From Planctomycetota bacterium (GTDB taxonomy: Bacteria > Planctomycetota > GCA-002687715 > CAIWVZ01): a stretch of DNA of 64,000 bases. Under the pieces are notes generated by a model. The model saw only the letters and a list, made by a program, of their open reading frames with translations. It did no database searches and was not told where the DNA came from. The translations under genes and the position numbers were made by a program. Shown here piece by piece: positions 29,688 to 40,555 of this stretch. Position 1 is the stretch's first letter, and every line of letters starts with the position of its first letter. The stretch lies in NCBI GenBank assembly GCA_044222185.1, contig JBGANV010000001.1, positions 256,001 to 320,000 of the forward strand, given 5' to 3'.

Positions 29688-31139
29688 TCAGTTGATCGTG
29701 AACTGGCGGCCGTTCGACAGGCGGACCCCGCCGTCTCGGTCGACGGTCACCGCTTGCAAGTACACGGGCAGCCCGGAGATGCCTGGGGCGACGGGGATCG
29801 TGAACCCGGCGGAGGCCTGCCCGGCGACGCTCCCCGTGCCGCTCGCGAGAACGTCGAACGGGGGAGTCAGCAGGACGGTGTGGGGCCCGGCGATGATGGG
29901 GCCGGCCCCGGACAACGAGACGTAGATCGCCCAGGGGGACTGGAACTCGCAATTCGCGACGCCCAGGGTGAGGCCGGCCCCCTGGTTGACGGTCGCCGGC
30001 GCCGTGAGCGAAAGGGCATAGTTCGGAAGGTGGCAGAGGACGTCGACGCGGGTTCGGCCCTGCATCGAGACGACGATCCGGCTCCCGTCCTGGGTGAAGA
30101 CGGCGTCGTTCGGGCGCGCCGTGCTGCCATGGTCGTAGACACTCAGCACGCCGAACGTGGCGAGATCGACGAGCACGGTCTCGCCCCCGTTCAGCGACGT
30201 GACGGCCGCGGTCGTTTCGCTCGCGTTGACTCCGAGTCCGTGGAGCACGATGCCCGTCACGGTGTTCAGGTTCAGCGTGCGGAGAACGGCGCCCGTCGTC
30301 AGGCTGCACTCGTAGAGCGTCGGAAAGACCTCGAATCCCACGGTCACGAGGACCCGATTGCCGCTGATGACGTGCGCCTCGTACGCCGCCGTGTAGTGGT
30401 TGACGATGGGCTGGGTGATGGCGTACGGGGTCTGATTGGACGGATTCGTGACGTCGACGATCGTGAACCCCGCGATGGCGAAGGAGAACGTGGGGTCGTA
30501 GGTCGACGTGGGGACGACCATCAGCGGCCAGGTCCACCAGGACGGGCGTCCGCCACCGCCGACGACGGTGAAGGAGCTGAGCCGCGTGTTGAACGTCGGG
30601 CTCGTCGGGTCGACGTCGAGGACCTCGACGACGTCGCAGCCGCCGACGGTCGTCACGTAGAGCCGTGTCTGGTCCGGCGAAACCAGCAACCCGAACGGGA
30701 AGCTCCCCTGGAAGACCGAGCCGAAGCAGGGCGACAGGGCGATCGTCGCGATCGGTTGGAGGTTCGGGAGCAGGCACGTCACGGTCCCGCTCGTCGAATT
30801 CGAGACGTAGAGGTGCCGCGTCGCACCGGATGCGTCGCGCAGGACGGCGATGTCCTCGGGGAACAGCCCCGTCTGGCCGATCGCGGTCTGCGCACCGGTG
30901 AACAGGTCGAAGGAGACCACGTCGTCGTTGTTCGGCGCCGTGCCTGGGAACGACAGCTCGCCCGCGATGGTGGCGTACGCATGGACGCCATCAGGATCGA
31001 GAGCGACGCCGAATCCCTTGTCGGGGGACAGCGGGTCGCCGTCGTTCAGCATGAAGCTGCGTTCGAGCGACTGCGCGGCGAGCACTTGGGGAATGACGAA
31101 CGCGATGCCCAGGACCAGGGCGAAGGAAAGGACTTTCAT
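29688..31139 (-). CDS. Secreted YVTN/YncE-like beta-propeller protein with shared C-terminal module
   Basis: Signal peptide MKVLSFALVLG...LAAQ; blades LYVSN, PFGLLVSPDQTRLYVT, PNDAVFTQDGSRIVVS; terminal FTIPVAPGISGLPVYLQAVTVDRDGGVRLSNGRQFTIN. Confidence 0.8.
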   Translation of the reverse strand: MKVLSFALVLGIAFVIPQVLAAQSLERSFMLNDGDPLSPDKGFGVALDPDGVHAYATIAGELSFPGTAPNNDDVVSFDLFTGAQTAIGQTGLFPEDIAVLRDASGATRHLYVSNSTSGTVTCLLPNLQPIATIALSPCFGSVFQGSFPFGLLVSPDQTRLYVTTVGGCDVVEVLDVDPTSPTFNTRLSSFTVVGGGGRPSWWTWPLMVVPTSTYDPTFSFAIAGFTIVDVTNPSNQTPYAITQPIVNHYTAAYEAHVISGNRVLVTVGFEVFPTLYECSLTTGAVLRTLNLNTVTGIVLHGLGVNASETTAAVTSLNGGETVLVDLATFGVLSVYDHGSTARPNDAVFTQDGSRIVVSMQGRTRVDVLCHLPNYALSLTAPATVNQGAGLTLGVANCEFQSPWAIYVSLSGAGPIIAGPHTVLLTPPFDVLASGTGSVAGQASAGFTIPVAPGISGLPVYLQAVTVDRDGGVRLSNGRQFTIN

Positions 31140-31295
31140 CGGGACGCTCCGGGGCGACGGAAGGCCGCCCCACGGGTACCGAGGTCAATCGCGGACGATG
31201 ACTTCGACGTGGAGCGCACGGTCGCTCGGCGCAAGTGCGCCGCTGCCGGGACGCCACCTCCAGCTCCTGACCTCGAGGAGCTTCAGAAGTCCAAA

Positions 31296-31465
31296 TCCCA
31301 GGCAGGTATCCTGACTCATGGCCGCCGACGGAAGGCGTGTTGCACGCACTCCGACGGCACCATTCACAGTGGCGGGTCCGCGACGGATTCGCACCGTCTT
31401 CCCCCCGCAACCCCAGCGATGGGGCTGCGGCTCCGCGGCGATCGACCGCGAAGCGCACCGGGATC
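31296..31465 (-). promoter_or_regulatory. Cobalamin (B12) riboswitch
   Basis: Minus strand reads cGGTGC...GGGAAgacGGTGcgAATCCgtCGCGGaccCGCCACTGTGA...GAGTCAGGAtACCTGCC, i.e. the conserved B12-element blocks and B12 box, ~160 nt upstream of the 31139 start. Confidence 0.9.
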
Positions 31466-31661
31466 GGCCCGTGGTCGCACGGGCGGGGCGGAGTCTATGC
31501 TCGACGCGATTGCGGATCAAGCGATCGAGACCGGGGTGCCGCCGGTCGACCGTCGGTCTCGAAACGTGCATCGCTCCGAACCCGTGACGGGCGAAACCCT
31601 TCATCCGCGTCGCGGTCCATGCCGACGTATACACTTGGTGTCGATTGGGAACGGGGACGCG

Positions 31662-32690
31662 ATGGATCCAACCGAGCGGACAACCGAGGGTGAGGGCGGA
31701 GCGGCATCGTTCCGACTCGTTGCTGAGCCCGCCGACGCAGGGCGGCGGCTCGATCACGTCCTCGCCGAAAGGCTGCCCGCGCACTCGCGCACGCTGCTGA
31801 AGAAGCTGGTGAAGGCCGGCGGCGTCCAGGTGAACGGCGCGGCGGTCAAGCCGAGCCACAAGCTCGAAGCCGGCGAGGTGATCTCGGGCGACACGAGCAC
31901 CCTGCCGACGGACGACCTGAAACCTCAGCAGATGGATCTGCGGATCCTCCACGAGGACGCAACCGTACTCGTCATCGACAAGCCGCCCGATCTCGTCGTG
32001 CACCCAGGGAGCGGGTGCCGCGACGGGACGCTCGCCAATGCGCTCAAGTTCTACATCGACGACCTGTCGGACATCGGCGGGAACCAGCGTCCCGGGATCG
32101 TGCATCGCCTCGACAAGGACACGTCCGGCGTGATGGTCGTCGCCAAGACCAATGCGGCGCACTTCGCGCTCGCGGGGCAGTTCCAGGCGCGCGAGACGCG
32201 CAAGGAGTACCGGGCGATCATCGAAGGCGAGCCGGAGTTCGACGGCGACCGGATCAACCGCCCGCTCGGACGCAGTCGCAGCGACCCGTCGAAGATCGTC
32301 GTCGATGCGGCCGCCGGCAAGCCTGCCGAGACGACCTGGGAGGTCATCGAGCGGTTCGAGGGCTACACCTACGTCCGGTGTCACCCCAAGACCGGCCGTA
32401 CCCACCAGATCCGCGTGCACCTCCAGAGCATTGGCCACCCGATCCTCTGCGACGCCGTATACGGACGCAAAGCCCAGCTGAAACTCGCCGAAATCGACCC
32501 CTCCGCATCCGGCGAACGGGGCGAGGCGGTCATCCTCGATCGCCAGGCACTTCACGCGTTCGCGCTCGAATTCGATCATCCCCTCGAAGGCCGCCGTCTG
32601 CGCTTCGAGGCGCCGCTTCCGCCGGATCTCGAGAGGACACTCGCCGCACTTCGGGCCCACCGCCCGTACATCAGAAGGAAAAGTCGATGA
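31662..32690 (+). CDS. rluD: RluA-family 23S rRNA pseudouridine synthase (S4 + catalytic domain)
   Basis: GRRLDHVL (S4), [43 protein letters not shown]. Confidence 0.92.
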   Translation: MDPTERTTEGEGGAASFRLVAEPADAGRRLDHVLAERLPAHSRTLLKKLVKAGGVQVNGAAVKPSHKLEAGEVISGDTSTLPTDDLKPQQMDLRILHEDATVLVIDKPPDLVVHPGSGCRDGTLANALKFYIDDLSDIGGNQRPGIVHRLDKDTSGVMVVAKTNAAHFALAGQFQARETRKEYRAIIEGEPEFDGDRINRPLGRSRSDPSKIVVDAAAGKPAETTWEVIERFEGYTYVRCHPKTGRTHQIRVHLQSIGHPILCDAVYGRKAQLKLAEIDPSASGERGEAVILDRQALHAFALEFDHPLEGRRLRFEAPLPPDLERTLAALRAHRPYIRRKSR

Positions 32691-34723
32691 GCTACGCCGA
32701 CCAGCTTCTCTCCCAGGCGACCCGAAAGGTCGACACCAACCAGTGGCGCGCGCTCCACTGGGAAGGAACGTTCCGCAACTACCTCGACATGGTCTGGGAG
32801 AAGCCGGAGATCGTGCGCAACGCCTATCAGCGCGTCTACGACCTCATCATGTCGTTCGGCTTCGACGAGTACACGGAGTTCAAGGAGCGCCGAATTCGCT
32901 ACCGCTTCTTCTCCGATCCGGACGGCGGCGGCCGCGATGCGATCTTTGGTCTCGACGAGCCCATCATGCGACTCGTCGATACGTTGAAGGCGGGCGCTCA
33001 CGGATTCGGGCCCGAGCGGCGCATCATCCTGCTACACGGACCGGTCGGCTCCGCGAAGAGCACCATGGCGCGCCTGCTCAAGCGCGGTCTCGAGCGCTAT
33101 TCGCGCCGGCCCGAAGGCTCGCTCTTCACGTTCTCGTGGGTGCTCGACGACGGCACGACGGTCGCTTCGCCCATGAACGAGGAGCCTCTGAAGCTCCTGC
33201 CCATGGACGTGCGTGAAGATCTCGTGCGCCAGCTGAACGAACGCCTCGATCGGACCTACCGTCTGGCCGTTCCAGGCGATCTCGACCCCATGTCGCGGTG
33301 GTACTTCAACCACTTCATGAAGAAGTACGAGGGTGACTGGATCCGCGTCCTCGAGCACATCCGCGTGAAGCGCCTGTTGCTCTCGGAGAAGGACCGGGTC
33401 GGCATCGGCACGTTCCAACCCAAGGACGAGAAGAACCAGGATTCGACCGAGCTCACGGGCGACATCAACTACCGGCGGATTGCCGAGTTCGGCTCGGACT
33501 CCGACCCGCGCGCGTTCAACTTCGACGGTGAGCTGAACGTGGCGAACCGGGGGCTCGTGGAGTTCATCGAGATCCTGAAGCTGGACGTGGCGTTCCTCTA
33601 CGACCTCCTGGGCGCCACGCAGGAGCACGCCATCAAGTCGAAGAAGTTCGCGCAGACCGACATCGACGAGGTGATCATCGGGCACACGAACGAGCCCGAA
33701 TACAAGCGTCTCCAGAACAACGAGCTGATGGAGGCGTTTCGTGACCGAACCGTGAAGATCGACGTGCCCTACAATCTGACGGTCCGCAACGAGATGCGGA
33801 TCTACCAGCGCGACTTCAACGACGCGACGGTGCGCAGCAAGCACATCGCACCTCACACCGTCGAGGTGGCAGCGCTGTGGGCGATCCTCACGCGGTTGGA
33901 AGAGCCGAAGAAGACCAACCTGAACCTGCTCCAGAAGGCCAAGCTCTACAACGGCAAGACGCTTCCCGGGTTCACCGAGGACAACATCTACGAGCTGATG
34001 AAGGAGGGCAAGCGCGAGGGCATGGACGGCATCTCGCCGCGCTACATCCAGGACAAGCTCTCGAACTCCCTCGTGAAGGAGACCGGCGCGCGCTGCATCA
34101 ACCCGTTCATGATCATCAACGAGCTCGAGTCCGGGCTCGACAATCACTCGTTGATCACCAACACGGACGTGAAGCAGCACTACCGTGAGCTGCTGGCCCT
34201 CGTGAAACAGGAATACGAGGACATCGTCAAGAACGAGGTCCAACGGGCGATCTCGGCCGACGAGGACGCGATCAAGCGGCTCTGCGCCAACTACCTGGAC
34301 AACGTGAAGGCCTTCACGCAGCGCGAGAAGGTCAAGAACCCGTTCACCGGCGAGTACCAGTCTCCCGACGAGCGGCTCATGCGCTCGATCGAGGAGAAGA
34401 TCAGCGTGAGCGAGAGTCAGAAGGACGACTTCCGCCGCGAGATCATGAACTACATCGGGGCGCTCGCCGTCGAGAACAAGCCCTTCGATTACCGGTCGAA
34501 CGAGCGGCTCCACCGGGCGCTCGAGCTCAAGCTGTTCGAGGATCAGAAGGACTCGATCAAGCTGACGTCGCTGCTCTCCAACGTCGTCGACAAGAAGGCG
34601 CAGGAGAAGATCGACATCGTCAAGAAGCGGCTGATCGACAACTTCGGCTACACGGACGAGAGTGCCACGGACGTGCTCAACTACGTGGCGAGCATCTTCG
34701 CGCGCGGGGACGTGAAGAACTGA
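32687..34723 (+). CDS. prkA: PrkA/YeaG AAA serine protein kinase
   Basis: ATG 32687 overlaps the rluD stop; [58 protein letters not shown]. Confidence 0.93.
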   Translation: MSYADQLLSQATRKVDTNQWRALHWEGTFRNYLDMVWEKPEIVRNAYQRVYDLIMSFGFDEYTEFKERRIRYRFFSDPDGGGRDAIFGLDEPIMRLVDTLKAGAHGFGPERRIILLHGPVGSAKSTMARLLKRGLERYSRRPEGSLFTFSWVLDDGTTVASPMNEEPLKLLPMDVREDLVRQLNERLDRTYRLAVPGDLDPMSRWYFNHFMKKYEGDWIRVLEHIRVKRLLLSEKDRVGIGTFQPKDEKNQDSTELTGDINYRRIAEFGSDSDPRAFNFDGELNVANRGLVEFIEILKLDVAFLYDLLGATQEHAIKSKKFAQTDIDEVIIGHTNEPEYKRLQNNELMEAFRDRTVKIDVPYNLTVRNEMRIYQRDFNDATVRSKHIAPHTVEVAALWAILTRLEEPKKTNLNLLQKAKLYNGKTLPGFTEDNIYELMKEGKREGMDGISPRYIQDKLSNSLVKETGARCINPFMIINELESGLDNHSLITNTDVKQHYRELLALVKQEYEDIVKNEVQRAISADEDAIKRLCANYLDNVKAFTQREKVKNPFTGEYQSPDERLMRSIEEKISVSESQKDDFRREIMNYIGALAVENKPFDYRSNERLHRALELKLFEDQKDSIKLTSLLSNVVDKKAQEKIDIVKKRLIDNFGYTDESATDVLNYVASIFARGDVKN

Positions 34724-35826
34724 TGGTCCGCAAGATCGAATCCGACCACCGCCGATTTCGACAGATCGTGCGGGGACAGATCAAGCACCACCTGAAGCGA
34801 TACGTCTCGCAGGGTGAGCTGCTCGGTCGTGCCGGGAAAGACACGATCTCGATTCCGCTTCCCCAGATCGAGCTGCCTCACTTCACGTTCTCGACGGGCG
34901 AGGAGGACGGCGTCGGTCAGGGCAGCGGGAACCCCGGAGACCCGGCCGACGGCCAGCCCGGCGACGGCCAGGGTCAGGCCGGCGAGAACGAAGGCCAGCA
35001 CACGGTCGAGGTCGAGGTGTCGCTCGATGAACTCGCTCAGATCCTGGGCGAGGAGCTGGAACTGCCTCGCATCGAACCTCGCGGCCAGGCCGAGATCGTC
35101 TCGGAGCGCGACCGCTACACGGGGATTCGCCGTGTGGGTCCCGAGAGCCTTCGGCACTTCAAGCGCACGTTCAAGGAGGCACTCAAACGGCAGATCGCCA
35201 GCGGCACCTACGATCCGGAGAACCCGCGGATCGTTCCCGTGCGCGACGACCGCCGCTACCGCTCGTGGAACGTGAAGCAGAACCCCGAGCACAACGCCGT
35301 CATCATCTACATGATGGACGTGTCCGGCTCGATGGGAGCGGAGCAGAAGGAGGTCGTCCGGATCGAGGCGTTTTGGATCGACACGTGGTTGCGCCACCAC
35401 TACAAGCAACTGAAGACCATCTACATCGTTCACGACGCGACCGCGAAGGAAGTGGATCAGCACGAGTTCTTTCACCTGCGTGAAAGCGGCGGCACGAAGA
35501 TCTCGTCCGCCTACCAGCTCTGCCAGCGACTCGTTCAAGAGCGCTTTGCCGGCGACGATTGGAACATCTATCCGTTCCACTTCTCCGATGGCGACAACTG
35601 GAGCGGGAAGGACACGGCGTTGTGTGTCGAGATCCTGAAGGACGCGCTGCTCCCACGCGTGAACATGTTCTGCTACGGGCAGGTCAAGTCGGCGTACGGG
35701 TCCGGTCAGTTCAAGCGCGACCTCGATCAGGCCTTCGTCGGCGACGAGCGCGTCGTCACGTCGGCGATCCCGGATCGTGACGGAATCCTCGCCTCCATCC
35801 GCGAGTTCCTGGGGAAGGGCCGATGA
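34723..35826 (+). CDS. yeaH: YeaH/YhbH (DUF444) vWA-like protein
   Basis: [49 protein letters not shown]. Confidence 0.92.
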   Translation: MVRKIESDHRRFRQIVRGQIKHHLKRYVSQGELLGRAGKDTISIPLPQIELPHFTFSTGEEDGVGQGSGNPGDPADGQPGDGQGQAGENEGQHTVEVEVSLDELAQILGEELELPRIEPRGQAEIVSERDRYTGIRRVGPESLRHFKRTFKEALKRQIASGTYDPENPRIVPVRDDRRYRSWNVKQNPEHNAVIIYMMDVSGSMGAEQKEVVRIEAFWIDTWLRHHYKQLKTIYIVHDATAKEVDQHEFFHLRESGGTKISSAYQLCQRLVQERFAGDDWNIYPFHFSDGDNWSGKDTALCVEILKDALLPRVNMFCYGQVKSAYGSGQFKRDLDQAFVGDERVVTSAIPDRDGILASIREFLGKGR

Positions 35827-37331
35827 ACCTGCCCGACAACCTCCTGCGCGTCCAGTACAAGATTCGCGACGTCGCGAAGACGCTCGGCCTCGACTGCTTC
35901 GAGACCGTCTTCGAGATGCTGGAGCCGTCCGAGCTGAACGAAGTGGCAGCGTTCGGAGGGTTTCCGACCCGGTATCCGCACTGGCGCCACGGCATGGAGT
36001 ACGAGCAGATCTCGAAGGGCTATCGCTACGGCCTCTCGAAGATCTACGAGCTAGTCATCAACAACGACCCCTGCTACGCGTACCTCATGGCCAGCAACTC
36101 GCTGGTCGACCAGAAGCTCGTGATGGCGCACGTCTACGGCCACTGCGACTTCTTCAAGAACAACGCGTGGTTCTCCAAGACCAATCGCCGGATGATGGAT
36201 CAGATGGCGAATCACGCGGTTCGCATCCGCGAGTTCGTCGACCGGCATGGGCAGGAGCCCGTCGAGGACTTCCTCGATCGCGCCCTCTCGCTCGACAACC
36301 TGATCGACTTCCACGGGGAATTCGTCCCGGAGAAGGATCGACCGAAGGCTCGCGTCGGCGAGGAAACACCGACGGACGCCGAGCAGGCCGCGCTCCGAAA
36401 GCTCAAGAGCAAGGACTACATGGATCCCTTCATCAACCCGCCGGCCTTCCTCGAGGTCCAGCGCAAGAAGATGGAGGAGGAAGGGAAGAAGCGTCGCCGG
36501 ACCCCGACGGAGCCTGCGCGCGACATCCTGCGGTTCCTGCTGGAGCACGCCCCGCTCGACCGGTGGGAGTGGGAGGTCCTGCACCAGATCCGGGAAGAAG
36601 CCCTCTACTTCGCGCCGCAGCGAGCCACGAAGATCATGAACGAGGGGTGGGCGAGCTACTGGCACCGAAAGATCATGGCCGAGCACGTGCTCACCGACGA
36701 GGAGGTCGTCGACTACGCGCTGACGATGTCGGGGACACTGTCGGGCGGAGGAGCGTTCAACCCGTACAAGGTCGGGCTGGAGCTGTGGCTCGACATCGAG
36801 GAGCGCTGGAACAAGGGGCGCCACGGGCTCGACTACGAGACCTGCGACGATTGGGGCCGCAAGGAGACTTGGGACACGGCCGAGGGCCGCGGCCGCGAGA
36901 TGATCTTCCGCGTGCGCCGCGCCTACAACGACGTCACGTTCATCTCCGAGTTCCTGACGGAGGAGGTCTGCCACAAGAACCAGATGTTCGTGTACCGCTG
37001 GAATCCGCAGACGCAGCGGAAGGAGATCGCGACGCGAGATTTCGGTGCGGTGAAGCAGCAGCTGCTCCACCAGCTCGCCAACGGCGGTGCACCGGTGATC
37101 GAGGTCGTCGACTCGAATTTCGAGAACCGGGGCGAGCTGATGCTCGTCCACCGGTGGGATGGCCAGGACCTCCGTCCCGATTACGCGCAGGCGACACTGC
37201 GCAACATCCAGGCCGTGTGGCGGCGGGCCGTCCGCCTGCACACGCAGAAGGACGGCAAGGGCCGGATCTACGTCGCCGATAGCGGCGACGACCGCGTTCA
37301 CGAGACCTCCGAAACCTATTCGGGCGCGTGA
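35823..37331 (+). CDS. spoVR: SpoVR/YcgB family protein
   Basis: [58 protein letters not shown]. Confidence 0.95.
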   Translation: MNLPDNLLRVQYKIRDVAKTLGLDCFETVFEMLEPSELNEVAAFGGFPTRYPHWRHGMEYEQISKGYRYGLSKIYELVINNDPCYAYLMASNSLVDQKLVMAHVYGHCDFFKNNAWFSKTNRRMMDQMANHAVRIREFVDRHGQEPVEDFLDRALSLDNLIDFHGEFVPEKDRPKARVGEETPTDAEQAALRKLKSKDYMDPFINPPAFLEVQRKKMEEEGKKRRRTPTEPARDILRFLLEHAPLDRWEWEVLHQIREEALYFAPQRATKIMNEGWASYWHRKIMAEHVLTDEEVVDYALTMSGTLSGGGAFNPYKVGLELWLDIEERWNKGRHGLDYETCDDWGRKETWDTAEGRGREMIFRVRRAYNDVTFISEFLTEEVCHKNQMFVYRWNPQTQRKEIATRDFGAVKQQLLHQLANGGAPVIEVVDSNFENRGELMLVHRWDGQDLRPDYAQATLRNIQAVWRRAVRLHTQKDGKGRIYVADSGDDRVHETSETYSGA

Positions 37332-37353
37332 GTCGCCCAGGACGTGCGAGGGC

Positions 37354-39963
37354 TCACGGCCCGACGTGCAGCTCGAGCCCGTTCGAAACGGTGATCCCGC
37401 CGGGCGAGAGCCCATCGGTGGCACCGAACTGGAGGAACACGGACTGGTTCACCAGGGACGCCGGGACCGTGAACGGGGTCGTCGCAGACCCCGCTCCCGG
37501 CGCGCCGGGCGACCCGCCGAGAGTCAGCGGAACGAAGCCGGTCCACGGCTGCACGTAGGAGGTGAGCCCCGGAAGCGGGCTGCCGGCGATCGCGGCCTCG
37601 CCGGTTCCGATCACGATGACGGCGGCCGCTCCACCGATGCCGTTGCGCAGCCGAAGGCTCGCTTGGGCTCCGGCGCGCATGGTGCCCGAAGCCCCGAGCA
37701 GCGGCTTCCACGCGCTGCCGCCGAGCGTGCCAGAGCCGTATTGGCGGACGCGTCCGGCCGTCGGCGGTGCGAAGCGGCGCGAGCGCGCCGCCTTGCCGGC
37801 GCCCACGAAGTCCAGATCGCCGTCGGCGTCGATGTCAGCAGTGGCCGTGAATCCTTGGAGGAAGTAGTCACGCCGTGCCTCGTAGACGAACCCGGGCCCG
37901 ATCCTCCTCAGCACGGCGACGGTGTTCCAGACCGACCCCGCGACGATGTCCGTCTTTCCGTCACCGTCCACGTCGCTCGCCGACAGGAGCGGGTTGAAGA
38001 CGGACCCTGCGGTCAACGTGATCGTCGTCGCGAAGGTGAACGTTCCGCCATTGTTGGCGAGGATCGTCACGCACTCGTCAGAGGTTCGATCGTCGAGCGC
38101 GATGTCGAGGTCCCCATCGTCGTCCAGATCGGCGATGACGGGCGCATACCAGTCGTTCGGGTTGGACGATCCCAGGGAGTTGCCGGTTACGACGGGATTC
38201 AGAGCGAGCGCACCGTTCGCGTTGCGCAGGATCACCACGTTCGGGTACCCGGGGACTGCGGTCTGCAACGCGACGAAGTCCGTGTCGCCGTCGCCGTCCA
38301 GGTCCGCGGCTGCCTTCGGGACGCCTCCGAAATACGATGGGGTGGAACTCGTGAAGAACCCCGTCCCGTTGTTGGTCCAGAGCAGTGGTCCCACCAGATC
38401 GACGTCGCCGTCGCCGTCGACATCCGCAGGAATGCCAGCGAGGCCTCCGGCCCCGGGAGCAGCCGCCGGTTGCAGGTCGAACAGCGCGCCGGCTCCCGTA
38501 TCGACGAGTAGGCGCATTCCCACGAAGCCTGCTGGCAACGGGAACGAAGGCAGCGTCTGGAGCGTCGCGACGTGGTCGATCCTCCCGTCACCGTTCAGAT
38601 CGGCGACCGGGTGAGTTTGCGCATACTCCAGGCCCGCCGGCGGCGTGGGCATCGTCAGCAGAGTGGGTGTGAAATTGCCGCGGCCGTCGTTCTGCGCGAC
38701 GTTCCCGGAGTACCCCACCATGTCCAGGTCGCCATCGCCGTCCTGATCGAGGATCGAGTGTGCCAGGTTGGAGCTGATCGTCGACGCGTACGGGTTCGTG
38801 AACGTTCCGTCGCCGTAATAGAGCGCGGCCGACGAGACGATGTCGGGCTTGCCGTCCCCGCTGACGTCGACCATGGCAGGGATGCGGTCGTAGTCCGAGC
38901 TCGGGCCGGCGTAGAACGACGTCCGGGAGACGAACGTCGTGCCGCCCGTGTTCTCCAGGAGGATGATGATCTCCCCGGTTCCCTGCCACGTCGTCAGGGC
39001 GAGGTCGAGATCGCCGTCTCCATCCCAGTCGCCAGGGTGGAGCTGCGAGCCGTTGGCGTCCAGGAACGTCTGGCTGGGGCCGATCGTCCAATTGCCCCCT
39101 CCCAGGTTGCGGGACACCTGCACGGAAATCCCCGCACCCGACGTGGCGGTGCCGGCGCTTTCGTTCCATGCGATGACGTCGTCGAGGCCGTCCCCATTCA
39201 CGTCGGCGCGATGAAGGAAGGGTGCCGCGGAGACTGGCACCGTCGTCGGCGTCCCGAACCCGGTCCCCACCGTGGGAAACGCGATCATCACGCGTGCCCA
39301 GCCCGGAAGATAGGTGCCGACCAACGCATCCAACGTTCCGTCAGCGTTCCAGTCGATCGTCACGACTCCCGCGCTGCTGCTGTTGAAGGGCAGGGCGCCC
39401 GGCGTCCCGCCGACGAGTGCCCCGTTGGCGCCGGAGACGAACCATCGGAGGGTGCGCGACGTACCCGGCACCTCGCTGACGACGGCGGCGTCGAGTCGAC
39501 CGTCGGCATTGAGGTCTGCCAGCGCGATGGACACCAGGTCTTCGCTGAACGGCGTCACGACGGGTGCACCGAAGAGCCCGCCACCGAGTCCTGGCATCAC
39601 CATGAGGGACGCACCGCTCGGGTTCGTGATGGGCGTTCCGAGAACCAGGTCTCCGATCCCGTCGCCCGTGACGTCACCGAAGGCCGTCACCCAGGAGACG
39701 CCAGCCGGCAGCGATTGGGTGGCGCCGTCGGTGAAGTCGCCCGTCCCGGAGTTCCACGACACCTGGATGGTGGGCTGGCCGCCCCACCACGTGTATTTGA
39801 GGATGTCCTTGTCGCCATCACCGTCCAGATCGACGACCGCCAGCGGGCTGCCTGCGGGGCCATTCGGCGTCGCTGGGGGGACACGGGGGGCCGACAGCCA
39901 TGCCTGACTCCACGATTGCGTCACCAGAACGAGCGTCATGAGCAGGAAGCTGCGCGAGAGCAT
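37354..39963 (-). CDS. Secreted FG-GAP/VCBS repeat protein with shared C-terminal module
   Basis: Signal peptide; more than ten D(L/V)DGDGDxD repeats; terminal FTVPASLVNQSVFLQFGATDGLSPGGITVSNGLELHVGP. Confidence 0.88.
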   Translation of the reverse strand: MLSRSFLLMTLVLVTQSWSQAWLSAPRVPPATPNGPAGSPLAVVDLDGDGDKDILKYTWWGGQPTIQVSWNSGTGDFTDGATQSLPAGVSWVTAFGDVTGDGIGDLVLGTPITNPSGASLMVMPGLGGGLFGAPVVTPFSEDLVSIALADLNADGRLDAAVVSEVPGTSRTLRWFVSGANGALVGGTPGALPFNSSSAGVVTIDWNADGTLDALVGTYLPGWARVMIAFPTVGTGFGTPTTVPVSAAPFLHRADVNGDGLDDVIAWNESAGTATSGAGISVQVSRNLGGGNWTIGPSQTFLDANGSQLHPGDWDGDGDLDLALTTWQGTGEIIILLENTGGTTFVSRTSFYAGPSSDYDRIPAMVDVSGDGKPDIVSSAALYYGDGTFTNPYASTISSNLAHSILDQDGDGDLDMVGYSGNVAQNDGRGNFTPTLLTMPTPPAGLEYAQTHPVADLNGDGRIDHVATLQTLPSFPLPAGFVGMRLLVDTGAGALFDLQPAAAPGAGGLAGIPADVDGDGDVDLVGPLLWTNNGTGFFTSSTPSYFGGVPKAAADLDGDGDTDFVALQTAVPGYPNVVILRNANGALALNPVVTGNSLGSSNPNDWYAPVIADLDDDGDLDIALDDRTSDECVTILANNGGTFTFATTITLTAGSVFNPLLSASDVDGDGKTDIVAGSVWNTVAVLRRIGPGFVYEARRDYFLQGFTATADIDADGDLDFVGAGKAARSRRFAPPTAGRVRQYGSGTLGGSAWKPLLGASGTMRAGAQASLRLRNGIGGAAAVIVIGTGEAAIAGSPLPGLTSYVQPWTGFVPLTLGGSPGAPGAGSATTPFTVPASLVNQSVFLQFGATDGLSPGGITVSNGLELHVGP

Positions 39964-40219
39964 TGGGGTGTTCCTCGTGTCGTCGCCCGCCTGGCAGCGG
40001 GTGGGCGCGCGTCGGCGCGGTCGCCATGGGGTTGGCAGAGATGCACCCGGAGATTGCCGCCGAAGGCCCCGCGTTGCGACCGCCGTTCGCCCGAGCGACG
40101 CCTCGCTGCGTTCACGCGACGTTCAATCGGTTCGGACGCTCCGCCGCGCACGTGTCCGATCCCTTTCTGCGGAGCGGACCGGCAAGCCCGCGCTTGCGGG
40201 AAGTCGTCGACTCGCCGTC

Positions 40220-40440
40220 GATGCCCGGGGAGCCGGCTCGTTCGACGCCATCTTGATGTGCATGCAGATGGCGGGCCTCGACGGTCTTCAGGCGACCCGG
40301 GAGATCCGGCAGCGCGAGTCCGGCACCGGCGCGCGCGTACCGGTCATCGCCCCTTGGCAGTTGCCACGGAAGGCGGCCGCGAGGTCGGCCTTGGTGCCGG
40401 CGTGGACAGGCACACGTCGAGGCCGATCGACGTGAAGTGA
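40220..40440 (+). pseudogene. Decayed receiver (REC) domain fragment
   Basis: FDAILMCMQMAGLDGLQATREIRQRESGTGARVPVIA, then a frameshift near 40351 into LAVATEGGREVGLGAGVDRHTSRPIDVK; resembles hybrid-kinase REC (FDLILMDVQMP.MDG...PIIALTA.A...DRE.CL.AGMD.Y.SKPI). Confidence 0.75.
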
Positions 40441-40515
40441 TCGCCGCGATCGAGGCGACAGTGATGCTGCCTCGATGGAACCGCGGCGTGAGTGTTCCGC
40501 GCCTTGGCAGCCGGC

Positions 40516-40550
40516 CGCCCGCGCCGGCTTCATGGGCCGGCGCGAGGGCG
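40516..40550 (-). terminator. GC hairpin just after the S8 peptidase stop
   Basis: CGCGCCGGC (40520-40528) / GCCGGCGCG (40536-40544) perfect inverted repeat, extendable; no U-tract. Confidence 0.4.
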
Positions 40551-40555
40551 CGGGG

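Noticed and set aside
29754-31661. Apparent ~640 aa N-terminal extension making a 978 aa RluD fusion
   Set aside because: The extension is antisense to the propeller gene and riboswitch; the real start is ATG 31662
37354-39963. Recurring gacgtcgacggcgacggc-like DNA repeats as a CRISPR or tandem array
   Set aside because: They are codons of DxDGDG protein repeats, with no constant repeat/spacer structure
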